Below, piece by piece: positions 37,217 through 45,662 of a stretch of DNA of 47,693 nt (its first letter is position 1; each line of letters starts with the position of its first letter). The notes under the pieces are model-generated. The model saw nothing but the letters and a program-made list of their open reading frames with translations. It ran no database searches and was not told where the DNA came from. A program made the translations under genes and the position numbers. Source of the DNA: an uncultured Burkholderiales bacterium (GTDB lineage Bacteria > Pseudomonadota > Gammaproteobacteria > Burkholderiales > Burkholderiaceae_E); assembly GCA_937903095.1 (NCBI GenBank), contig CALCZN010000092.1, positions 1 to 47,693 of the forward strand, in the 5' to 3' direction.

Positions 37217-38164
37217 ATGGCTCAGATCAACACCAACGTCATCTCGCTGAATGCTCAGCGAAACCTCAGCACCACGCAAAGCGCGCTGGCGACCAGCATT
37301 CAGCGGCTGTCGTCGGGCCTGCGCGTCAACAGCGCCAAGGACGACGCCGCCGGACTGGCGATCGCCGAGCGGATGAACGCGCAGGTGCGCGGGATGAACG
37401 TCGCGATCCGCAACGCGAACGACGGGATTTCGCTTGCGCAGACCGCTGAAGGTGCGCTCGGAAAGGTGGGCGACATGCTCCAACGCATGCGTGAGCTCGC
37501 CGTGCAGTCCGCCAACGCCACGAACAGTGACAGTGACCGCACCAGCCTCCAGAAGGAGTTCGGTGAACTCCAAAGCGAGGTGAAGCGGGTGCTCGACGGC
37601 ACCAAGTTCAACGGGAAGGCGCTCTTCACGGGCAGCGCTTCGATGACTTTCCAGGTGGGTGCCGGAACGTCTTCCCTCGATCAGATCGACGTTGCAGGAG
37701 CGGACCTCACAGGCGGTTCGGCCGCTGCCTCCGGCACCTCCTTTACCGACGCGAAGCAGGCTCTTGCGACGATCGTCACGACAATGACCTCCAGCACATC
37801 CGTTGGCGCTGCTATCGGTGGCCTGAAGACCGCAGGATCAGGGTCGGGGTCGACCGCGACCGCAGCCGTCTACTTCGACGCGGACGATGCGCGCAAGGCA
37901 ATGGATGATATCGACCAGGCGCTGGATTTCGTGAACGGCGCACGTGCGAAATTCGGTGCCGTTCAGAACCGCTTCGAATCGGCCATCGCAACGTTGCAGG
38001 TGAACGTCGAGAACCAGGCCGCCGCCCGCGGCCGCATCATGGACACCGACTTCGCCGCCGAAACCGCGAACCTCTCGCGTGCCCCGGTGCTGCAGCAGGC
38101 CGGCATGGCGATGCTCTCGCAGGCCAACGCGGTGCCGCAGAACGTCCTGTCGCTGCTGCGCTGA
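37217..38164 (+). CDS. fliC: Flagellin (315 aa)
   Basis: MAQINTNVISLNAQRNL, RLSSGLRVNSAKDDAAGLAI, QRMRELAVQSAN, GAVQNRF, VLSLLR; AGGAG RBS. Confidence 0.98.
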   Translation: MAQINTNVISLNAQRNLSTTQSALATSIQRLSSGLRVNSAKDDAAGLAIAERMNAQVRGMNVAIRNANDGISLAQTAEGALGKVGDMLQRMRELAVQSANATNSDSDRTSLQKEFGELQSEVKRVLDGTKFNGKALFTGSASMTFQVGAGTSSLDQIDVAGADLTGGSAAASGTSFTDAKQALATIVTTMTSSTSVGAAIGGLKTAGSGSGSTATAAVYFDADDARKAMDDIDQALDFVNGARAKFGAVQNRFESAIATLQVNVENQAAARGRIMDTDFAAETANLSRAPVLQQAGMAMLSQANAVPQNVLSLLR

Positions 38165-38241
38165 GCGGCAGGTGGGGCGGTCGGTCGATGAAGAATCGTC
38201 CGCACGCCCCGCGCCTTCGAACGGACCACGACGGCCGGCGC

Positions 38242-38302
38242 CGATAAGCGCCGGCCGTTTGCCGTTGATCGGTCATTCACGGCCGCTCGCCGCCCTTACA
38301 GT
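38242..38302 (+). promoter_or_regulatory. Probable FlhDC-dependent promoter of fliD
   Basis: CGATAAGCG-N12-CGTTGATCG box; TACAGT -10 at the same 34-nt offset as flgB and flhB. Confidence 0.55.
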
Positions 38303-38368
38303 CACCTGAACGGACGGGTACTCGTGCCTTCGAAGCCGCCCGCCCCGCCCTGAACTCCGGAGTCACCC

Positions 38369-39787
38369 ATGGCCACCACCATCAGCGGCACCTCGAACCT
38401 CGACGTCGGCAGCATCGTCTCGCAATTGATGCAGATCGAGCGCCGCCCGATGCAATCGATCGAGAACACGCTGTCAGGGATCCAGACGCAGCTCTCGGCA
38501 TGGGGCAAGATGCAGTCCGCGCTCTCCACGCTGCAGGATGCGACGCGCAAGCTCGGCCGCAATGAAACCTGGAAAGCGGCCACCGCCACGAGCAGCGACG
38601 AGAGCTTCGTGAAGGCTACGGCCGGCAGCGGGGCGATCACGGGTTCGTACTCCCTCGAGGTGCTCTCGCTCGCGAGCCGCCAGACGCTGGCGAGCGGGTC
38701 GTACGCATCGGCCGGCGCGGTCGTCGGCGGCGGCACGCTGAGCATCCAGCTCGGCACCCTGAGCACCGACGGTGCCACCTTCACGGCGGATGCCGAGCGT
38801 GCGAGGACGGACGTCACGATCGCCAACGGCGCGACGCTTGCGCAGGTGCGCGACGCAATCAACGCCGCCGGCGCCGGCGTGACCGCCTCGCTGGTCGCCG
38901 ACGGCGCCGGGCAGCGCCTGATGCTGCGCAGCGCGGAAACCGGGGCCGCCCAGGCGTTCTCCGTGGTCGGCGCCAACGCCGGCACCGATCCTTCGAGCCA
39001 ACTCTCCGCCCTCTCCTTCGACCCGGTGTCGGGGAGCGGGATGCAACGCACCCAGACCGCAAGCGACGCGTCGGTGAAGGTCAACGGCCTGACCGTCGCC
39101 GCCGCGGGCAATCGCCTGGACGGCGTGATCGAGAACCTCACGCTCGAACTGAAGCGCGAAACCGCCACGCCGATCGAGGTCGGGGTGACGAGCGACGCGA
39201 AAGCGCTGCGCGACTCGCTCGACGGGTTCGTGAAGGCCTACAACAGCCTGAACCAGCTGATCGCGGATCAGACGCGCTACGACCCGGCGAGCAAGTCCGC
39301 CGGCCCCCTGCAGGGCAACCAGAGCGCCGTGCGCGTGCAGCAGCGCATGCGCGAGATGCTTCGCACGACCATCGGCGACGGCTCGTTGAACAGCCTGAAC
39401 GCGATCGGCCTGGAGTTGCAGCGCGACGGCTCGCTGTCGGTGAACGAATCGAAGATGACGAAGGCGCTGGCCTCGCCCGACAGGCTGCAGGCGTTCTTCG
39501 CTGCCGTCGGGGAGACGCCCGGGCAGGGCGGCTTCTCGGGTCGACTCTCCGCGAGCATCGGCAGCCTGCTCGATCCGGAAGGAACGCTTCCTGCCGTCAC
39601 AGACTCATTGAATGCGCGCAAACGCAGCGCCGAGCAGCAGCAGGAGCGCCTCGAAGCGCGGCTCGCCGAAATCCAGAAGCGGCTGACGCGCCAGTACACG
39701 GCGCTCGATGCGAACCTCTCGCGCATCAGCGGCTCCTTCGCCGGCGTCGAGGGGCTGCTGAACAACATGAACAATTCGCAGAAGTGA
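38369..39787 (+). CDS. fliD: Flagellar filament cap protein
   Basis: SNLDVGSIVSQLMQIERRP, FVKAYN, GPLQG, LTRQYTALD; located after fliC. Confidence 0.95.
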   Translation: MATTISGTSNLDVGSIVSQLMQIERRPMQSIENTLSGIQTQLSAWGKMQSALSTLQDATRKLGRNETWKAATATSSDESFVKATAGSGAITGSYSLEVLSLASRQTLASGSYASAGAVVGGGTLSIQLGTLSTDGATFTADAERARTDVTIANGATLAQVRDAINAAGAGVTASLVADGAGQRLMLRSAETGAAQAFSVVGANAGTDPSSQLSALSFDPVSGSGMQRTQTASDASVKVNGLTVAAAGNRLDGVIENLTLELKRETATPIEVGVTSDAKALRDSLDGFVKAYNSLNQLIADQTRYDPASKSAGPLQGNQSAVRVQQRMREMLRTTIGDGSLNSLNAIGLELQRDGSLSVNESKMTKALASPDRLQAFFAAVGETPGQGGFSGRLSASIGSLLDPEGTLPAVTDSLNARKRSAEQQQERLEARLAEIQKRLTRQYTALDANLSRISGSFAGVEGLLNNMNNSQK

Positions 39788-39792
39788 GCGCG

Positions 39793-39819
39793 TCAAGACG
39801 GGCGACGAACGGCCGATAA
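39793..39819 (+). promoter_or_regulatory. sigma28 promoter of fliST
   Basis: TCAA-N15-GCCGATAA. Confidence 0.85.
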
Positions 39820-39852
39820 CCGTTACATCGGTCATCGCAAGGACGCCGCTTC

Positions 39853-40341
39853 ATGTTCGCTTCGCCCCGCAGCCCCGCTTCCGCCTTCGCTTCTTCCGCC
39901 TTCACCTCTTCCTACCGCAACCTCGAGTTGGAAACCTCCGTGGCACAGGCCGATCCGCACCGGCTCATCGAGATGCTCTTCGACGGCGCGGCCGCCGCGA
40001 TCGCGCAGGCGCGCGCCGCGCTGCACGAGGGCCGCACGGCCGCCAAGGGCGAAGCCACCGGCCGCGCCGTGCGCATCCTCGACGAGGGCCTGAAAGCCTC
40101 GCTCGACCCGCGCGGCGGAGAACTCGCTGTGAACCTGAAGGCGCTCTACGAATACATGACGCACCGGCTGCTCGCCGCCAACCTGTCGAACGACGACGCG
40201 AAATACGCCGAGGTGAGCGGCATGCTCGATCAGTTGCGCGACGCCTGGAAACGCATCGCCTCGCAGGTGCGCGGCTCCGCTGCCGGCTTGGCGGCTGCGC
40301 ACATTGCTGCTGCGCGCGGCGCAGCGCCCGTCCCGGCGTGA
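39853..40341 (+). CDS. fliS: Flagellin export chaperone
   Basis: ADPHRLIEMLFDGA, GGELAVNLKALYEYM, LRDAWKRI. Confidence 0.95.
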   Translation: MFASPRSPASAFASSAFTSSYRNLELETSVAQADPHRLIEMLFDGAAAAIAQARAALHEGRTAAKGEATGRAVRILDEGLKASLDPRGGELAVNLKALYEYMTHRLLAANLSNDDAKYAEVSGMLDQLRDAWKRIASQVRGSAAGLAAAHIAAARGAAPVPA

Positions 40342-40709
40342 ACGATCGCCGCCGCATGCGCGCACGCAGCCGGCCCCCCCGCAAGCCGGCCGCGCTTCGC
40401 TCGCTGCCGCTGATCGATCGCTATCGCCAGATCGAGTTCGTCGCGCTCGAGATGCTGGAGGCGGGTCGCGCGGGCAACTGGGCACGCGTCGGCGACCTCG
40501 GCTCGACGATCCGCACGCTCGCCGACGGCGTCGCGCGCGCCGGCGGCCCCGATACGCTCGACGCGGAGCAGCGCCGTGAACGGCTTCGGATCCTCAAGCG
40601 CCTGGTGGCCGTCGACGCCGACCTGCGCCGGCTCTCCGACCCCGTCAGCGGCTGGCTCGACTCGATGTTCGACGGCGGCCGGCACGACGCACGAAACCGC
40701 CCTCTCTGA
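40338..40709 (+). CDS. fliT: Flagellar chaperone FliT
   Basis: Y..I....EMLEAGRAGNW...ILKRLVAVDADLRRLSDP; GTGA overlap with fliS. Confidence 0.8.
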   Translation: MNDRRRMRARSRPPRKPAALRSLPLIDRYRQIEFVALEMLEAGRAGNWARVGDLGSTIRTLADGVARAGGPDTLDAEQRRERLRILKRLVAVDADLRRLSDPVSGWLDSMFDGGRHDARNRPL

Positions 40710-40779
40710 CCGCGACACCGCCCGCGGCGCTTGACAGCGCCCCGACGAGCGGAAATGATCCGGCGCTCGTCGATCCCAA

Positions 40780-41565
40780 ATGCCGCACGAAGCCCACTCG
40801 CCGATCGGCCCCGACGCACCCGATGCGCTGGAGCCGCAATTCCGCATCGAAGGCGCCTTCGCCGTTCGCGCGGTGCTGCGCGAACTGATGACGCGACGCG
40901 CGCTCGTCACGCTCTACCCGGAAGACCGCATCGACGATGCGCTCGTCACGCGCATCGTTCACGTCGACACCGACGGCGTCGAGTTCGATGCTTCGGGCCA
41001 GGCGCGCAGTGCGCAGGCGCTGCGCGAAGCGCGCTTCGCGACGGGCGTGTCGTTTCCGGAGAACGTGAAGACGCAGTTCCGCCTCGAGCCGCTGACGCTG
41101 GAGGAAGGGCCGGCGCCGCCTGCGACGGACTCTCCCGCGTCGGCCGCGGAGTCCGCCTGGACGACTCTGCGCACGCCGGTGCCCGCCGAGGTCTATCGGC
41201 TGCAGCGCCGCGACGCATTCCGCGTGCGCCCGCCCGCCGGGGACGACGCGCATTGCGTGCAGCGTCTGGGCGCGGGACGCGAGCTGCGCCACCCGCTGAT
41301 CGATCTCAGCGCGGGCGGACTGTCGATCCGGATGTCGGACGAGGAGCCGGCGCCCTCGCGCGGGCGCATCTGGCGCCACAGCCGGATCGAGGCGGCGGAC
41401 ACGCTCGTGATTCCGTGCGAGCTGGTGGTGCGCGGCGTCTACGAGGATCCGGCGCTCGAAGGCGCACGGCGCGTGGCCTTCGCTTTCCACGCGATGCCCA
41501 GCGACGTGCTGCGGCGCGTGCAGATGTACGTGATCGACATCGAGAAGCGGCTGCGGCGGGAGTAG
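40780..41565 (+). CDS. ycgR: Flagellar brake protein (YcgR-N plus PilZ, c-di-GMP receptor)
   Basis: PilZ motifs QRRDAFR (RxxxR) and DLSAGG (DxSxGG); YcgR-like N-terminal domain. Confidence 0.85.
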   Translation: MPHEAHSPIGPDAPDALEPQFRIEGAFAVRAVLRELMTRRALVTLYPEDRIDDALVTRIVHVDTDGVEFDASGQARSAQALREARFATGVSFPENVKTQFRLEPLTLEEGPAPPATDSPASAAESAWTTLRTPVPAEVYRLQRRDAFRVRPPAGDDAHCVQRLGAGRELRHPLIDLSAGGLSIRMSDEEPAPSRGRIWRHSRIEAADTLVIPCELVVRGVYEDPALEGARRVAFAFHAMPSDVLRRVQMYVIDIEKRLRRE

Positions 41566-41609
41566 TGCGCCTACCAGACGCACCGCCGCACGCGCTCATC
41601 GGTACCACG

Positions 41610-41930
41610 TCAAAGCAACGCGTCCAGACCCTTTCGCTTGAGCAGATCAAGGAGTTTGAGCGATGGACCGCTCGGCTTCTTGTCGCCGACTTCCCACTTC
41701 TGCACGGTCGATACGCTGGTATTGAGCACTGCTGCGAACACTGCCTGACTCAATCGAACTCCTTCTCGCAGCGCCTTGATCTGTTGCGGAGGCATCTCAT
41801 GCACGTCGATGTGACACAACGCATCGAACTCGCTCATGCGTCGCCTGTCGATAAGTCCGGCGCCGTGAAGACCGCAGGCGGTCTCATGCATCTCGCTTAG
41901 AACGCGGCTCTTACGTCTGGTCGTGGTCAC
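41610..41930 (-). CDS. Xre/HTH antitoxin (HigA-like)
   Basis: HETACGLHGAGLID...IKALRE..RLSQAVFAAVLNTSVSTVQKWEVGDKKPSGPSLKLL; GGAGG RBS before GTG 41930. Confidence 0.88.
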   Translation of the reverse strand: MTTTRRKSRVLSEMHETACGLHGAGLIDRRRMSEFDALCHIDVHEMPPQQIKALREGVRLSQAVFAAVLNTSVSTVQKWEVGDKKPSGPSLKLLDLLKRKGLDALL

Positions 41931-42309
41931 GACAAACCTCCATGATCTCGCCCGCAGCCAGCGCAATTGCCAGTCGGTGATCGTCGAACCCGATCAGTTC
42001 TGCCGCCACTTGCTGAAGCGCCTCCAACTCGTTCTTGTCGATGTCGGCTCGCTCGTTCTTGGCAAATCCGTACAGGAAGAACCAGCACCGCCCGTGGTTC
42101 GTCGCCACGATGGTTCTGGCGCCACCGCGCTTGCCGCGACCCGGTAATGCAACGCGCTTCTTCACTACGTGGCCGCCCAACTCGGCGTCGACGAGGCCCT
42201 GTGCCATCTCGCTGACTGCTTCAAGTAGTGCGTTGTCCGCAACGCCGGCCTTCACCATCCAGCGGGTGAAGGTTCGGGTGCGAAATACCCGCGGCAAATA
42301 ATATACCAC
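41911..42309 (-). CDS. RelE/HigB-like toxin (toxin-first module); start uncertain
   Basis: RVFRTRTFTRW, GLVDAELGGHVVKKRVALPGRGKRGGARTI, FFLYGFAKNERADI; operator-like ATACCACTTAGTGCGAT at 42303-42319. Confidence 0.88.
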   Translation of the reverse strand: MVYYLPRVFRTRTFTRWMVKAGVADNALLEAVSEMAQGLVDAELGGHVVKKRVALPGRGKRGGARTIVATNHGRCWFFLYGFAKNERADIDKNELEALQQVAAELIGFDDHRLAIALAAGEIMEVCRDHDQT

Positions 42310-42479
42310 TTAGTGCGATAGTCGAACAACGAACGATCCGTTCTTATCGCCGACCCGCGGCGTTTCTGTCGATAGGACATTTGTCCGATCAGAGCCGATG
42401 TGCCGTCGGAACCAATGATCCGATCGGATGGCGAGCGACGCCGATTTACGCTGCACCTATCCCGGCGCGGCGTCTGACC

Positions 42480-42833
42480 TCACACCGGCATGTTCATGAT
42501 GTCCGTATATGCCGACACCAGCCGGTTGCGCACGGTAAGCGCCGCCTGGAACGCCACCTGCGACTTCTGCATCGCCATCATCGTGCGCTCGAGGCTTGCG
42601 CCTTCGTCGCCCATCAGGAAGCGGCGTTGCAGCGCGGCGCTGTCTTCCTGCAGCCGGCTCACGCCCTGAAGCGCATCGGTCAGCGCGCCGGAGAACGAAG
42701 CCGTCGATTCGCTGCCGCCGGACGCGCCCGTCGGCGAGCCGATCGATCCGCGCGCGCCGACGCCGGCCACGCCCGTCGAACCCGACGTCGCGGTCGTGAG
42801 CAGGTTCTGGAAGGCGGGAAAGCGTACGTCCAT
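42480..42833 (-). CDS. fliE: Flagellar hook-basal body protein
   Basis: SFSGALTDAL...MMAMQKSQVAFQAALTVRNRLVSAYTDIMNMPV. Confidence 0.95.
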   Translation of the reverse strand: MDVRFPAFQNLLTTATSGSTGVAGVGARGSIGSPTGASGGSESTASFSGALTDALQGVSRLQEDSAALQRRFLMGDEGASLERTMMAMQKSQVAFQAALTVRNRLVSAYTDIMNMPV

Positions 42834-42893
42834 CGTCGTCGAACTCCCTCGGCAGCGACGAACGCATCTTGACCCCGACCGCCCACGCCCGGG

Positions 42894-42958
42894 ACGCGAA
42901 ATAGCGGCATCGGCGCCCGCTTATTCGCGCTCGAGTTCGCGCCGCCTCGCCCGATACT
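42894..42958. promoter_or_regulatory. FlhDC box between divergent fliE and fliF, plus the fliF -10
   Basis: ACGCGAAATAGCG-N11-CGCTTATTCGCG (42894-42929), close to the enterobacterial FlhDC consensus; GATACT at 42953-42958. Confidence 0.8.
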
Positions 42959-42965
42959 GCGCGCC

Positions 42966-44627
42966 ATGGAAGCCGCTGCCCGAAGCCTGCCGACACCCGC
43001 CGCCCCGCTGTCCGCGTTCGCCGCCATCCCGCCGAAGCGCAAGTGGATGGCCGCCGCCGGTGTCGCCGCGCTGGTCGCGATCCTCGCCGTCGCGGTGCTG
43101 TGGTCGCGCGAGCCCGACTGGCGCGTGCTCTTCGCGAACACGACGGACAAGGACGGCGGCGCGATCATCGCGGCGCTCACGCAGATGAACGTGCCGTACC
43201 GCTTCGCCCCCGGCGGCGCGGCGATCCTCGTTCCGGAAGACCGCGTGCACGATGCGCGCCTGAAGCTCGCCTCGCAGGGGCTGCCGCGCGGCGGCACCGT
43301 CGGCTTCGAGCTGCTCGAGAACCAGAAATTCGGCGTCACGCAGTTCCAGGAGCGGCTGAACTTCCAGCGCGGGCTCGAGGGCGAGCTTGCACGCTCGATC
43401 CAGTCGATCGCCGCCGTGCAGAGCGCGCGCGTGCATCTGGCGCTGCCCACGCAGAACGGCTTCCTGCGCGAACAGCAGAAGCCGTCGGCGTCGGTGCTCC
43501 TGTCGCTGCATCCGGGCCGGCAGATCGACCGCGCGCAGGTGGCCGGTATCGTGCACCTGGTGGCGGCGTCGGTGCCGAACCTCTCGCCGAAGCAGGTGAG
43601 CGTCATCGACCAGAGCGGCGCGCTGCTGTCGTCCGACAGCGACGTCGCGGCGAACGGTCTCGACGCCACGCAGCTGAACTACCTGCGCAGCATCGAGTCG
43701 ACGCTGAACCAGCGCGTGCTCGACATCGTCGAGCCGATCGTCGGGGCGGGCAACGTGCGCGCACAGGTCACCGCCGACATCGACTTCACGCAGAGCGAGT
43801 CGACCGCCGAGCAGTACCGGCCGAACCAGGGCAACGAGCCCGCCGCGGTGCGCAGCCAGCAGAAAGTCGAGGCGCCCACCGGCGACGCCGCGCTCGGACA
43901 GGGCGTCCCCGGCGCGCTGTCGAACCAGCCTCCGCAGGCGACGACGGCGCCGGTGAACGGGCCGGCACAGGCCACGCGCGCCGCCGGCGCGGCGACCGGC
44001 GCCGACGGCACGCCCCCCGCAAACGCGCGCCGCGAATCGGTGACGAACTACGAAGTCGACAAGACGGTACGCGTCACGCGCAACGCCACCGGCACGATCA
44101 AGCGGCTGAGCGCGGCCGTCGTCGTCGACCATCGGCGCTCGGTCGATGCCGACGGCAAGGTGACGCGCACTCCCCTGAGCGCCGAGGAGCTGCAGAACGT
44201 GCAGTCGCTCGTGCGCGAGGCGATCGGCTTCGTGTCCGAGCGGGGCGACTCGATCAACGTCGTGAATGCGCCCTTCACCGAGATCGAGGCGCCGAAGGAG
44301 GTCGAGCTGCCGCTGTGGCGCCAGCCCGACAACCTCGCGCTCGCGCGCGACCTGGGCAAGCAGCTCGGCCTGGTCGCACTCGCGCTGACCGTGATCTTCG
44401 CGTTCATCCGCCCCGCCCTGAAGGCTGCCGCCCGCGCGCAGCCGCGCGCGCACGCGATTGCCGCGCAGGTCGACGATCCGCTGCAGCTGCCCGAGCCCGC
44501 TTCCGCGCCGAAGGCGCTGCCGTCGGCCTCGCGGCAGGAGGACATCCTCAAGACCGCTCGCGAGAACCCGTCGACGGTGGCCAACGTCGTGCGCAGCTGG
44601 GTCAGCGCCGAGTCGAAGGGCGCGTGA
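42966..44627 (+). CDS. fliF: Flagellar MS-ring protein
   Basis: VGFELLENQKFGVTQFQE, RGLEGELARSI, ARVHLALP, TNYEVDK, RGDSINVVN. Confidence 0.97.
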   Translation: MEAAARSLPTPAAPLSAFAAIPPKRKWMAAAGVAALVAILAVAVLWSREPDWRVLFANTTDKDGGAIIAALTQMNVPYRFAPGGAAILVPEDRVHDARLKLASQGLPRGGTVGFELLENQKFGVTQFQERLNFQRGLEGELARSIQSIAAVQSARVHLALPTQNGFLREQQKPSASVLLSLHPGRQIDRAQVAGIVHLVAASVPNLSPKQVSVIDQSGALLSSDSDVAANGLDATQLNYLRSIESTLNQRVLDIVEPIVGAGNVRAQVTADIDFTQSESTAEQYRPNQGNEPAAVRSQQKVEAPTGDAALGQGVPGALSNQPPQATTAPVNGPAQATRAAGAATGADGTPPANARRESVTNYEVDKTVRVTRNATGTIKRLSAAVVVDHRRSVDADGKVTRTPLSAEELQNVQSLVREAIGFVSERGDSINVVNAPFTEIEAPKEVELPLWRQPDNLALARDLGKQLGLVALALTVIFAFIRPALKAAARAQPRAHAIAAQVDDPLQLPEPASAPKALPSASRQEDILKTARENPSTVANVVRSWVSAESKGA

Positions 44628-44666
44628 GCGCACTGCCGCGATGAACGAAGAAGGAGCCTTCGCGCG

Positions 44667-45662
44667 ATGAGCGAACAGGGACTGGCCGACGCGGCGATCC
44701 TGCTGATGGCGCTCGGCGAGGACGCCGCCGCCGAGGTGTTCCGGCACCTGGCGCCGAAGGAAGTGCAGAAGATCGGCGAGACGATGTCGCGAACGCGCGC
44801 CACCAGCCGCGAGCGGCTGCACTCGGTGCTCGCGCGCTTCCAGAACGACGCCGGCGACCTGAGCACGCTCGTCGCCGATACCGACGAATACATCCGCGCG
44901 GTGCTGCGCCGTGCCCTGGGCGACGACAAGGCGGGGCTGCTGATCGAGCGCATCCTGCAGGGCGGCGACGTCTCGGGCATCGAGAGCATGAAGTGGATGG
45001 ACCCGCAGTCGGTGGCCGAGCTGATCCGCAACGAGCATCCGCAGATCATCGCGTCGATCCTCGTTCACCTCGAGCGCGACCAGGCCTCCGCGGTGCTGAT
45101 GCACCTCGCCGAGCGGCTGCGCTACGACGTGATGCTGCGCATCGCCACCCTGGACGGCATCCAGCCGAATGCGCTGCGCGAGCTCAACGACGTGCTGACG
45201 AAGGTGCTGGCCGGCGGCGAGAAGCTCAAGCGCAAGAAACTGGGCGGAACGAAAGCGGCCGCCGAGATCATGAACTTCTTCGGCGGATCGAACGAGACGG
45301 CCGTGCTCGATGCGATCCGCGAGCACGACGCCGACCTGGCGCAGCGCATCGCCGACCAGATGTTCACCTTCGACGACCTGAACCGCCTGGACGACCGTGC
45401 GATCCAGCTGCTGCTGCGCGAGATCGCGAACGAGTCGCTGATCGTCGCGCTCAAGGGAGCCGACGCCGAGCTGCGCGAACGGATCTTCCGCAACATGAGC
45501 CAGCGCGCCGCCGAGACGATGCGCGAGGATCTCGAATCGAAGGGTCCGGTGCGGCTCTCGGAGGTCGAGACCGAGCAGAAGGAGATCCTCAAGACGGTGC
45601 GCCGCCTGGCCGACGAGGGGCAGATCGTGCTGGGCGGCGGAGGCGAAGATGCCTTCGTTTGA
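44667..45662 (+). CDS. fliG: Flagellar motor switch protein
   Basis: AAILLMALGE, EHPQ, MFTFDDL, NMSQRAA, GPVRLSEVE. Confidence 0.97.
   Translation: MSEQGLADAAILLMALGEDAAAEVFRHLAPKEVQKIGETMSRTRATSRERLHSVLARFQNDAGDLSTLVADTDEYIRAVLRRALGDDKAGLLIERILQGGDVSGIESMKWMDPQSVAELIRNEHPQIIASILVHLERDQASAVLMHLAERLRYDVMLRIATLDGIQPNALRELNDVLTKVLAGGEKLKRKKLGGTKAAAEIMNFFGGSNETAVLDAIREHDADLAQRIADQMFTFDDLNRLDDRAIQLLLREIANESLIVALKGADAELRERIFRNMSQRAAETMREDLESKGPVRLSEVETEQKEILKTVRRLADEGQIVLGGGGEDAFV

Noticed and set aside
38240-38247. GCCGATAA upstream of fliD as a sigma28 -10
   Set aside because: No TCAA/TAAA at 15-nt spacing; it fits better as the left arm of an FlhDC box.
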